This document shows positions 1 to 11,809 of a stretch of 64,000 nt of DNA, piece after piece (positions within the stretch are counted from its first letter, which is position 1; the number at the start of each line of letters is the position of its first letter). The DNA comes from Lama glama (lineage: Eukaryota): assembly GCA_028534125.1 (NCBI GenBank), contig CM052817.1, forward strand, positions 36,334,001 through 36,398,000. The letters run 5' to 3'. The notes beneath the pieces are model-generated. The model had not been told where the DNA came from and did not search any database. It saw only the letters and a program-made list of their open reading frames with translations. The position numbers were made by a program, and so were the translations under genes.

Positions 1-829
1 TTAAGTAGCACTGTGACTTGAAGTAAAGTCACCACTCTGCTTTGCTCAAATGGGATTTACATATATACCCTGCTTGCTACGTAAGTTGTTTTTCACCTCC
101 TTGCTACATATGTTGTTTGGAAGATCAAAGTAACATTTTAACACAAACAAACAAACAACAAGAACCAAAATAAAAGGCTAATGGCCTTCCTACCTTGACT
201 GGTGAGAAGTTAAGCATGGACTTTTAGAGGAAGCGCTGGGGGAGGTGGGTGGAAGCCCGGACTGGAAGGGACCAGATCCAGAGGAACTGGCTGTAGTACA
301 GGGCTTGACCCTGAAGGGAAAGCGGTATTAACCCCAGACACTGTGAACCAAAGGGCATAACAGTTTCAGGCTTGGTGCAGGTCAGTGTCCTGTCTACGGT
401 GGGTCAGTCCCACAAGGGAAACAATACTTCAAGAGTACACCCTCAGATATTGCTGGGGGCCTGGGAATAGAAAACAACCACTGGGGCAGGTGTTTCCTGA
501 TTGCCCAAGGTCTCAGCCAAGTGGACTGGATTCAGGTTATACAAAACACTTAAGAAAATGAGGCAGAAGCCAGGGGTAGAGGCCAAAGTGAAGGGAAGGA
601 GAGGAAGCCTAAAAGTGTTAAAATGAATGCCAGACCCCCAGCCGATAGGTCTGGTGCTGCAACTATACTGCTGCCTTAGTCCAGATAGACTCTTCATCTG
701 CTTGATGTTAAACCCATAAGAAGAAACCATCATGGAATGTAGGTAAATTAGGGAAAGAGGCAGGACTGAACTGGGAAAATGCCCTGCAATTTACAAAGGG
801 CTATCCAGGTATACCTGTTTATACCTTAG

Positions 830-1055
830 TGATAAGAAGCTGCCTCTGGAATCAGATTGCCTGGGATTGAATCCGATTTGATTCAATTTGACTTAAAGGC
901 AGACTCCTGCCATACCTTTCTGTGTCTCCATTTCTTTGGTTGTAAAATGGAGATGATAATTGTGACCACCTCATAGCGTATGCTGTGGTTAAGTGAGATA
1001 ATGTGGTAAAGCACTTAGAGCAGCACCTGGCATAAAATGCACCCTCAATAAATAA
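830..1055 (+). mobile_element. MIR SINE
   Basis: ctctggaatcagattgcctgggattgaatcc...tgtaaaatggagatgataat...gagataatgtggtaaagcacttagagcagcacctggca. Confidence 0.75.
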
Positions 1056-1169
1056 CAGTAACTATAGATTTTTGCCTAGCGCTCAGTGATCTGCGTTGAT
1101 CTACATACCTAGGTCTTTTTTTTCTACTCAACAATCTATTCTTCAGTTATGTCCTTGGTTGTCTTCTTC

Positions 1170-1409
1170 CAATGGTTCTCAACCAATAGTGATTTTGCCC
1201 TGAGGGACATTTGGCATTGTCTGGAGACATTGTTGGTTGTTATTTTGGGGTGGGAAGGACTGGCTTCTAATAAGTAGAGGTTGAGGCACTGCAAAAAATC
1301 CTGAGATCTTAGAGATCCAGGGATGCTGCTAAACATACACGTGCCAGCACCCCACAACAAAGAATTACCTGGCCCCAAGTATCAATAGCGAACAGGTTGA
1401 GAATCCTGA
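1170..1409. mobile_element. MER20-like hAT DNA transposon remnant
   Basis: caatggttctcaacc...gggacatttggcattgtctggagacat...gatgctgctaaacat...ggttgagaatcctg termini. Confidence 0.8.
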
Positions 1410-1982
1410 CCTAGACTCATTTCTAGTAACCAGCAAAATTTCACTGAATGCAACTGTGTAGGAAAAAGATGGTATATTCGCTTTCCTTCACCTTCCAGAG
1501 CCCTAATACTCTGAAAAGATGGAATGTATACAAAGCTGCAACCCCAGTGGCCACAAAGCTGCTTCTTATTCTTTCCCTTCTTGTAGTCTCTGGAGCGGGG
1601 GGTGTGGTGGGATTCATACATCCCAGAATGCAATGCGCTACTTTTGATTCCTTCCCAAATCCTCCCCTGTTGCTTTCAGGGAGCTGCAATTCTCAGGTGG
1701 ATATTGACTAATTTAGGGGGTGGAAGTGGGTAGGAGTGGGGAGCCTGCAATCTAGCTGCCTCAGAAGATAGTGCCTGCACATTCCAGGCATGGTAAGAAG
1801 GAAGACAAGCGTCTTTATATCTACTTTCAATTAGGAAGGATCATTCCTGTTCTGGCAGCAGAATGTAGGTGGTCTGTCAATTATTTTCAATCTTCCATTC
1901 TGTTTTGCTGCTTCACGGATGGCGAAAATCCTTTATGGTGGATGATGGGTAGACAGAAATCCTACCATTTTTGCAGGGGGAG

Positions 1983-2309
1983 TGTCGGCAGTCTTAAGTG
2001 AGCAGGTCTTGGGACCCAGGTCAAGGTTCATAATAATTTGCATGTGTATGAGGTAAGAAGTAAGTGTACGCATGCACTAGTGGCATGAGTCCGCATTATG
2101 AACAACAGCCATGCGCCAATAGCATGAGTCAGCATTATGAACAATACCTATGCGCGGGCATTATAAAAGAACAAGTGCATACACCTGAGCGGGCGCCACC
2201 TGCCTGTACAGCAGTAAAGTGCTGTTTTGCTCTATGTTGGCTCCTCGCGCCGCCTTCTAGTTGGGCAGCTCACCTCCTCAAATCCCTCTCCAGCCTCTCT
2301 GGGCTGACA
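1983..2309 (+). mobile_element. Young solo retroviral LTR (327 bp)
   Basis: TGTCGGC...GCTGACA inverted termini, GGAG duplicated on both sides, CCAAT 2116, TATAAAA 2162, AGTAAA 2213, CpGs retained. Confidence 0.8.
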
Positions 2310-3545
2310 GGAGTCTGAGCTTTTCATCGTTTCTGGACCATCACAGGTGTTTTCACTGACAGCTGGCAAAGGCTGTCAGGGCTACAAGTCAGGTGTCCTT
2401 TAAAATCATTACTTTCTCTTTACTCCTGCTGATTTGTTTTAGAAAGGGTAGATTAAGGCACAAGAATCTCCTTGGGGGTGATCAATAAATCTGTAATGAG
2501 GACTTCCCTTTTTTCAGGTACTCACAGTTGTTAGAATTTGATTTTAAATCATTGCAAAGATGAGGGGATGAAGGGAAGCTCTGCACTCTTTGGGTCACCA
2601 TTCTATCCTCCTATCCCAGAATTTCCTAGAATTCCAGAAGTCAGAGTAAGTGCATGGTCCATGGTTCACAGGTCTTTAGTGATAGTGCCTGGTAGCAGTG
2701 TGAATAAATGGTCATACTGTATAAATTTCTAATTTCTAGTTTAAAATATTCAACTAAAAATAGCGTCTAATCAAGAGAATAAGCTTTCTAAGAACTGAAA
2801 GCGGCTGGATTATAAATCTGACGAGTTTTATGTTCCATGTGCACATAAAGAATGTTTTCTAATGACTGATGAGTAAGCTAAATTTTCATTTTCTTCTCCA
2901 AATGGCTATAGATTTTCTTTTTCTCAGTGAACACTGATCTTGAATACACACAAATGCTAAAACCCAGCTGTTTCTCTTTGTGAGCAAAAAGCAGTCTTAA
3001 ATTAGTTTTTATAATACAGACATATCTTTCACTCTTGTCAAGTGCAATACTCAACAAGCAATGTTCCCATTAAAACCAGGTAAATGCTTTTCCTGTTTTC
3101 TCCTTGGTCTTGCCCCATACTTTTTGCATCTGATACCCAGGAAGAAGTATTGCCAAAATATACTTTTTCACAAAACCATATCAAATTACAGACTTTATTT
3201 TGATTACAGAGTTTATGATTAAAATTTCCCCATTGATGTAACTTTAATTATAGATTTCATGAAGGAGAAGACTGTAGTTTTACACATTGATAAATGAGTT
3301 TTTGGTTAGAAAATGGCTTAAGAGCACATACACTTCATGAACTGCCACCAATTGCACATGGGTCATAACCCTGAATTTCTGAGTGTTCATTCCTTAGTAC
3401 AGTATAACTGATATCATCGGGAAAACTACATTGTTAAAAATCACTTATTTTGGAGGATTTCTTCTTTGATGCTGTACTGTATTATCTAAATTGAATGTGT
3501 CTAACTGGAAATTCACAACCTTTCAGCACATACTTAGAAGCCAAT

Positions 3546-3926
3546 TGTATTAGTTTGCTAGGGTTGCCATACAAAGCACTGTAGACTGAGCGGCTTAAAC
3601 AACAAAAATGTGTTTTCTTACAGTTCTGGAGGTTAGAAGCTTGAGATCAAAGTGTTGGCAGCACTGGTTTCTTCTGAGGCCTCTCTTCTCAGCTTGTAGG
3701 TGGCCATCCTCTTCCCGTATTTTCACATGGTCTCCTTACATATGCATCTCTGTCCTAGTTTCCTATTCTTATAGGGACACCAGTCAGACTGGATTAGGAC
3801 CCACTCTAATGACCTTATTTTAACTAGATTGCCTCCTTAAAGATCCTAATATAGTCACATTCTGAGGTACTAGGGGTTAGGGCTTCAACATATGAATTTT
3901 GGAGAGACACAATGCAGCCCAGAACA
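3546..3926 (-). mobile_element. MaLR LTR (MLT1B/C-like)
   Basis: tgtattagtttgctagggttgcc...ttacagttctggagg...tgaggtactaggggttagggcttcaacatatgaattt. Confidence 0.85.
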
Positions 3927-3927
3927 C

Positions 3928-4364
3928 TGTCAAAAATCCAAAAAATAGCAAAATTAAAACCACTAGATCAATACACTGAACTTAGTAAGAGTTTATGTGC
4001 ATATAAGAACAGGTCGAGAACTGAGAGCTTTCAAATTTAAAACTGATATGAAGCTCAAGGATGTGATCTTACAGGATGGCTTATAAAGTGAAAATGAGGA
4101 AGTTGTTTAACCTTTACAGTGATTGGTTATTTCAGTGGGGGTTTCCAGACAGTAGGGAGTTGGTTAAAAGTGATTGTCTTATACCATTTTTAGGAAGATA
4201 AGTTTCCTTTACGATTATCAGCGGCATTTACAAGAAATAACCTAAATTAATTTTTGCTTATGTTCATGAAATAAGTTAGATTTAGTTTTGCTTATGTGGC
4301 TTAAATCGTTTTGTCTCCCAGGGAGTTTTCAAGCCCAGTCTCCACTTAGTATTTAATTTTAACA
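3928..4364 (-). mobile_element. Old ERV1-type LTR
   Basis: Minus strand starts TGTTAAAATTAAAT...GGAGACTGGGCTTGAAAACTCCCTG and ends ...TTTTTGACA; subfamily not resolved. Confidence 0.5.
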
Positions 4365-5291
4365 ATACCAATTCACAGACTTCCCTTGTTTTTCACTTGG
4401 CTTAGGTGGAATAAAGCAGTCCCAGATAACCATTCCTATACAGAAAAATTCTATCTAAATTATATTTAAACTGGAGTCACATTACAGCACAAGCATAAGT
4501 TGTTTAGAGACTCCTAAATGTTATTACTAAAGATAGCAGATTTTTAGACCAACAAATCTCACAAGTCTGAGGATATCAAAGGCCTATCAGGAATAATAGA
4601 GCCCAAGTATAATGGAAATCAAACACTTGCATGAGTACAAGCTTTGTTTAGATATACTTGAGACTTTGTACCTGAGCCCTCCAGTCTGCACACCAAGTTC
4701 ATCCTTCTAAGACCTGGAAAAAAAACAAAAGAGTGAATGAGAACTCAGAAGAAATTTAGGAAAATATTTTCAAACCAAGATAATTCTATTTTCCTACTTA
4801 GTTGCGAGCCATGAACACTCAAAGTCCACAGAGGCTACCATTGCTCTAAACTATGGATGATCCCACTTACCTTTAGGGACGTTCCCACCACTAATTTGTT
4901 TATTATCTGTTAATTCCCACAGATGACTTGCTTACCAGCTGTGATACTTCATTTCCCTAAGCCTCCTTAACATAGAGATAACAACAGTACCGACCTCATA
5001 GGGTTGATGTGAGAATAAAATGAGATGATGGTATTAAATGTCTGGCACAAAGTAAACATGTAATAAATATTAGCCAACATCGTTAGCCTCCATGAGGACA
5101 GGAGCCATAGCTGGACCACTAATGACTATGTACCCAGTTCCTGGGAGACAAGAGGCAAGGTAGTCAATGGATGAAAGAATTAATTAACCTGGATCTGATT
5201 TGGGGATCATCCAAACAAAAACAAGAGGAGGTAGGAAGGAGAAGCGATCACTCTCTACATAAATTAAGTTTTTTCAATGTAAGAAATTTGT

Positions 5292-6070
5292 AACAGGTAT
5301 AGGTTAATAGATTTACAAAAAAGGGTAACCACAAGTCAAAAATTTACAAGGGAGTCACAAAAATTAAATAAAATCCATGATAATACAAAGGAAAATTACC
5401 AAACCACAAAAGGAAGAAGAAAGGAACAAAGAGGNNNNNNNNNNNNNNNNNNNNNNNNNNNNNNNNNNNNNNNNNNNNNNNNNNNNNNNNNNNNNNNNNN
5501 NNNNNNNNNNNNNNNNNNNNNNNNNNNNNNNNNNNNNNNNNNNNNNNNNNNNNNNNNNNNNNNNNNNNNNNNNNNNNNNNNNNNNNNNNNNNNNNNNNNN
5601 NNNNNNNNNNNNNNNNNNNNNNNNNNNNNNNNNNNNNNNNNNNNNNNNNNNNNNNNNNNNNNNNNNNNNNNNNNNNNNNNNNNNNNNNNNNNNNNNNNNN
5701 NNNNNNNNNNNNNNNNNNNNNNNNNNNNNNNNNNNNNNNNNNNNNNNNNNNNNNNNNNNNNNNNNNNNNNNNNNNNNNNNNNNNNNNNNNNNNNNNNNNN
5801 NNNNNNNNNNNNNNNNNNNNNNNNNNNNNNNNNNNNNNNNNNNNNNNNNNNNNNNNNNNNNNNNNNNNNNNNNNNNNNNNNNNNNNNNNNNNNNNNNNNN
5901 NNNNNNNNNNNNNNNNNNNNNNNNNNNNNNNNNNATGATAACTCACAGAGAAAAAAATGTGACAATGAGTGTGTATATGTCCATGAATGACTGAAAAATT
6001 GTGCTGAACACTGGAATTTGACACAACATTGTAAAATGATTATAAATCAATAAAAAATGTTAAAAAAAAA
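5292..6070 (+). mobile_element. 5'-truncated LINE-1 spanning the assembly gap
   Basis: Left part resembles L1 inter-ORF region, right part is an L1 3' end with AATAAA and A-tail; TSD AAGAAATTTGT at 5281-5291 and 6069-6079. Confidence 0.8.
5435..5934. other. Assembly gap (500 N)
   Basis: Run of exactly 500 N. Confidence 1.
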
Positions 6071-6235
6071 GAAATTTGTTAGTGCATTTTTAAAGAATGT
6101 CTACAAGATAGTAGACCTGTGACTTTAAGGGACTGCTCCTTTACTTAAAAAATATTTTTTATTTCACGAGTTCATGAAATACTTCCCTTAAATCCATACT
6201 TGTTAGGGCTGTTTCTCAGAATTTATGTCTGTCTG

Positions 6236-6331
6236 CTTTCTTTTCTTTTTCCTTTTCTTTCTTTTTCTTTCTTTCTTCCTTTCTTTCCTTTCTTCCTTTC
6301 TTTCTCTTTCCTTTCTTTCTGTTGTTGTTGT
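6236..6331. repeat. (CTTT)n/(CTTTT)n pyrimidine microsatellite followed by (GTT)n
   Basis: Direct reading. Confidence 0.9.
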
Positions 6332-8589
6332 TCTTAAAAACAATAACTCTGTATAGTATCCTGCTTTAAATAATTTGAAATTTTTAAACTGGCTATTTCT
6401 AAATCTACGCCCCGCACCATGCATGGAGTGAAACCCTTTAAGAATGCCAGTAGCTCCACGGAAAAAGAAAGAAGCCCTAAGTGTTCTCAACCACCTGCTC
6501 AGACTTCGGCTTTGCCTCCGTTCCCCTGCCTCTCCACACCACTCTAGCAAGGTGTGATGTGGCGAGGTAACTGTTTAAATAACAAAATAGGGAGAAGTGG
6601 GCACTATACTGGACACAGAATTAAATTAGGGGAGCAGCATTATAACCGACAGAGGAATCAGAGAGGAGCTGAATTCTCCAGTTCCTTGCTACTTCCCGCT
6701 TCAAGGGGCCTCAGTCCTAGACGCATGCGCAGCCCTACATACCAGGAGCTGTCCATTCTCCAAAGGCGGGCAACCGGGATGCTGGGGATTGAGGCCAGGC
6801 CCACAAATTTCAAGGTCCTTCTGGCCAAACCCACAGAGCTGGGAGAATAGATGTGCGCGGCCTGGAGAGCAAAACATCAAGGTTCAGGGCATACACAGTG
6901 ACTTCCATAGGTACACGGATATATGACACTGCATCGGACGCAATGCGGGAAAATAAACAATAAGAATGAATTCAAAGCAGTATACTTAGGAAGAAGAGTT
7001 AAACGATAGAAACTGCATATATACATGGTGACAAGCAGCCAGATTCTGGGGTGAAAACTTAAATGAGCATGTAATGTATTAAATATTCAGGATTTTATTA
7101 CACACCAGGCCCAACAGCAATACAGAACCAATTAGAAAACAAGGGTCTTGTTAAATAACTGAGTTAAATTATCATCTTAATATTCTCAATGATACTACGC
7201 AGATTCTCTCAATGAAAAATTTGAAAGAAATAAACGAATAGTCAGCACAGTGTAGTAGAGAAACCGTGGACTTTGAATACTTACCAGCAAGAGTTCAAAT
7301 CCCAGCTCTGCAGCTCAGGTAGCTGTGTCCATGTTTCCTTCCTTGTCAAAGGAGAATTATAAGCTCCACCCTACAGTCCATGCTGAGGATGAAATAAGCT
7401 AATGTCTTTCAAGGGTCTAGCACAGGTCCTGGCATTGGGCCTCTGAATATTGGTTCCCTTTCCTCTCTGTTCTCTCCCTGCCGTGGAGTACATCAATGAG
7501 ACATTTGGTTTAAACCGAAGCATAAAGGAATGAATTTCTATAAAGGAACACAGTTCCTGATGAACAGGAATGTGTTCCTGGTGAACATGTGTTCCTGATG
7601 AACACATTTTCAAATATTAAAGCAGGTAAACCAAGGAATTTGGGACTTAAGGAATCTCTAGTTTCGTTTAGTACAGATGAGTTTTTCAAAGGTAGTAGTG
7701 TGGATGGGAGAATGGAGTTTTTTTTTCCTTTGTTATTTATTTTCAGAGTGAAGAATTTTTAGAATGAGGGGTGAATAGAAAAGAGTCTCATGACAGGCTT
7801 TCAATTTCAAAAAGCTTAATTCATTTTCTGAAACATGGCCTCTCACAATCCACTCTGTAATTTACAGGCAGTAAAACCAAGTGCAAAAAGAATGGACTAG
7901 GGAGGCAGACAGACAGGAGTTGGCATCCTCACCATCTGTGACCTTGGACATATTATTTATGTGAGGCTCAGTTTCCCCGTGTATAAGCTGGAGATACTAA
8001 TACTTGCTGGCAAGGTTGTTGGGAGAATTATATGAGATAACATAGGCAGAGTGCATTGTGCTCGGGAAATAAAGTTTTAATACAATCAACCCTGAACTGA
8101 GGGACCTTGAACCACTGGCTGTCACTGAGAAGTTTCACTGAGATGACAGAAAAAGAAAGGTGTGAAAGTGAAAGGAGCACATGATGATTCACAATTAAAT
8201 TCACTGAAAAGAAAGCATTCTATATGTATATAGCTGTGTTCATGATATTAGTTATACTCTAATTGAATAAGTAAGATATATATAATATGAAATAACTTGC
8301 TATGCTCTTTACAAGAATCATCATTAATATGTTCTCTCTGACCCTCAGACCTTCATGTGACTGTAGATTTTGCTTGAAACACTTTTCTCCTCCTCCCCCT
8401 CCCAATGCTTAATTCCTCATCTTTACAGTCTTGACATAAATATCACTTCATCATGAAAACTTTCTTTGTTTTAGGTTTACCCCAGAATAATTAAAGAGTC
8501 CTGCTATGTGCTCCTATCACATTCTTAACTTCCCCATTTTTAGCACTTCCCACACTTTATTGAAATTGAATGTTCATTTCCTGAAGGAC

Positions 8590-9050
8590 TGTAAAGAAGG
8601 TTGCACCCAGTTCTACAAGAATCAAGTCATTAGCCACTGCAGTCACTGACCTACAATACACCCTGAAAGGAATTCAGGGTGAAGATCAGGATGAGACATT
8701 TTGTGCTCTGGGAAAACTGACAGAACTGACCCTGACCCTCAAATAGTTAGATATTTTCAGGAGAAAATTTTTATGAGCCTGGATTCTTCCATCTTCCCAC
8801 ACTTAGAAAAGCTCTAAAACCATTAACTAAGATGTCTGTTCCTCATGACTAGCAGCCACCTTCTACTGAGATGTGTGCTTGATGGCACGTACTCCCTTGG
8901 CCAAAATCACATATATACTGGCCTCCCCCTTTATCTCTTCAGAACAGTTCACAGAGCTCTCTGAGTGAGTCTCCTGAGTTATAATCCTCAGGTTGTCTCA
9001 AATAAAATTTCCATTTTTTTCTTAGACTATTAATTATTTTTTGTTACCAT
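8590..9050 (+). mobile_element. ERV1-type solo LTR
   Basis: Starts TGTAAAG; caccctgaaaggaattcagggtg palindrome; TATATA ~8911; AATAAA 9001; T-rich U5-like end. Confidence 0.65.
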
Positions 9051-9466
9051 CATGATATCAAATTTAACTAAGGAATATAATATTCCTGCTCAATCTCTGA
9101 TAATCGTAGGATTTATCCACATCCTTATTTAAGCAACCATAATCATACCAGAACTGTAAGTAAATTTAAATTTATTTCAGTTGATATAAAAATTCTTCAC
9201 ACCCACTGGAAAGGTTTTATTAGTAGAACATGGCAATGTAATTTTCAATAAATATGCTAAATACCATTTTTTCAAGAGCATTCTATATCAAAGTCTATCA
9301 CAATTACCAAAAATTAGCCATATAAAAACATATACCATAACTCGATGAGTGTAATTAAATCTCTACTTCTGGTATACCCCATAGTCACTTGTGAACAAAT
9401 TCTCTTCACCTTAAACAACCATGTGTTTTAAACATATCTCAAGCTGCCTCACAATAACATGCATAT

Positions 9467-9920
9467 GTGTGACAGTGAATTTTATCTGCCAACTTGACTA
9501 GGCTAAGAGATGCCCAGAAAGCTGGTATAGCGTTATTTCTGGGTGCGTCTGTAAGGGTGTTTCAAGAAGAGATTAGCACTTGAATAGGTAGTAAATCAGG
9601 AGTGAAGAAGATCCCCGTCAGCAATGTGGGTGGGAGTCATCCAATCCACTGGGGAACTAAATAAAATATAAAGGTGGAGGAAGGGATTACATGCTCTCTA
9701 CTTGCGCTGGGACAACTATGCTCCAGGTTCTCAGGCATTCAGACTTAGACCGAATTATACCACCAGCCCTTCCTGGTTCTCCAGCTTACAGATGGCAGAG
9801 CATGGAACTTCCTGGCCTCCATATTCACCTGAGCCAATTTCTACAATAAATCTCCTCTTATACATCTATATATATATATACGCCACTGGCTTTGTTTCTC
9901 TGGAGAATCCTGATTAATAC
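9467..9920 (+). mobile_element. ERVL LTR (MLT2)
   Basis: tgtgacagtgaattttatctgccaacttgactaggctaag...gagattagcacttgaat...tgtttctctggagaatcctgattaatac. Confidence 0.85.
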
Positions 9921-11809
9921 GCAATCATAAAAATGAGTAAGAGTTACTTTGAAGGAATAAATTTTAGGACTCACACCTGTATAAGAGAATGCAAACTTTC
10001 ATGCTTACACTCCACTACATTTAGGTGAAATCAATTAATTACATTGTTGAATCCACACTCTTAAAATGTTGGCTTATACCATATCATTTCTATACTAAAG
10101 TTCACCAGGGTGATAATTGTTTTATTTATTTTAATTCTAGATCCTATGTTTGGCTCTCCATGAACATTAGCTTGATTAAGCCTGGAAATTAACACCCTAC
10201 CCAAATTTATTATCCAAAAATCAACAAAAGCAGCATCACATTTTAGTATATTTGCTATAATTAACAAAGCATGATTACTAACCAATTAATGTAGTAAACT
10301 CAGTTACCACAATTCTGACTACCCAAGGAGTCCTTATCTCTCCCAGTTAAATGCCAAGGTATCCCACTAGCTTCTCATGTGCTCTTCTAACATGTCAAAA
10401 ATTGCAGCAAATCTCAGTTACATGCTAACTCTTCCCATCATTAGCTCTTCCTGTCTTCCATTAACAAAGTCCTTGTTGGCAGCTGAGCAGCCTTAATCAA
10501 ATTCAGATGGGAAAAATTGTACTCTACACCTCACTAAATAGCAGCCATTATTGTATAAAGCCCAACTCTAACTAATCTCAATCATTTTACTTATCTCATC
10601 TTCACAATTTACTCTTCATCTGAAATCATGTGCCAGCTGCCAAGACAGAGCCTCTTGCCATTTGTATTATCTATAATTGGTGCCACCATCAAACCATTTT
10701 AAATCCTTAGGGGATGTTCCCCATTGACAAGGTTTCTTCCCAAATGCCTTATCCTTGAAGAATTTATCATGCACAATATTGTCATTTTAACAATATTATT
10801 ATTAGAACCTTACCAAACATCTCTCCTAAATAGGAATTATTTAGTCAATACTGATCATATTTATAACAACTAATAACAACATTAAGCAACATAGGTTGTA
10901 TTCTTTACTACCCCCAAAATAATTTCCATACTCTTCCCATGTCTTTCCCTTTGGAGTTCAAGACACTTGAGAAAAAAAAATTATTGTCAAATATGACAAG
11001 TTCATTCTGAATGTTTTTAGTTATTTCATTTATTTAAAAGCAAAAAGACCCTTTTAAGTTAACTCATGTGGAGGAACAAGGAACCTAGGATTTCACGGAA
11101 ATCCAAGAACTAAAGCTGGAAATCTGTTTTGGATTCAAGCTCATTCTAGATACCTTAGATGCAGAAATTCAAGAATCGTTCCTCTACTACTCTGCAGTTA
11201 GTGTTACTCAGTTCTAGTCTATGAATCTACTTCTTTCTATCTTGCTTTAATAACTGCTTCTGCTTATTTATAATTTCCACTTCCCCATAATTTTAGCTCA
11301 TAGATGGTCCATTATGGCCTCCCAAGCCCTGATTCTGTCTCATAAATTTTTGGCTAAAGCTTCCACCAGTAATTGATAATTTTTTGCTTTGTTCCTTAGG
11401 TCCAACTCATGACAAAGAGAATTCATTTAGTCAAATTAATCTTTTTGACTCTGGCCTTACAGGGTGAAGATTACTGTCTCACCTGAGGATTCTTGGGTCA
11501 GATAGTTATTCCAGTCCAATAAATGGAGTTGAAGGATAGGGAAGAAGGAAGATATCATCATGATGGCCACGTATGGCTCCTAAGGCAGCAGGGTCCAATG
11601 GTGGATCAGTTCCTTTGGTGGAGGTTATGGGCAGGGCAAGCATAAAGATGAAGGTGGCTTTTGTAGTTACAGATAAAACAACAAGATATAACCCTATTCC
11701 TTGCTTCATATTAATCCCAATTTTGTCAAATTCTATCATGCTATTGTATTTAGGTAATGCAACTGTGTCAGAGAGAAATGTAACCATTATAAATTCTTTC
11801 AAAGATCAT

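Noticed and set aside
5344..6024. Long ORFs of 189-226 aa
   Set aside because: Artefacts of translating through the N gap
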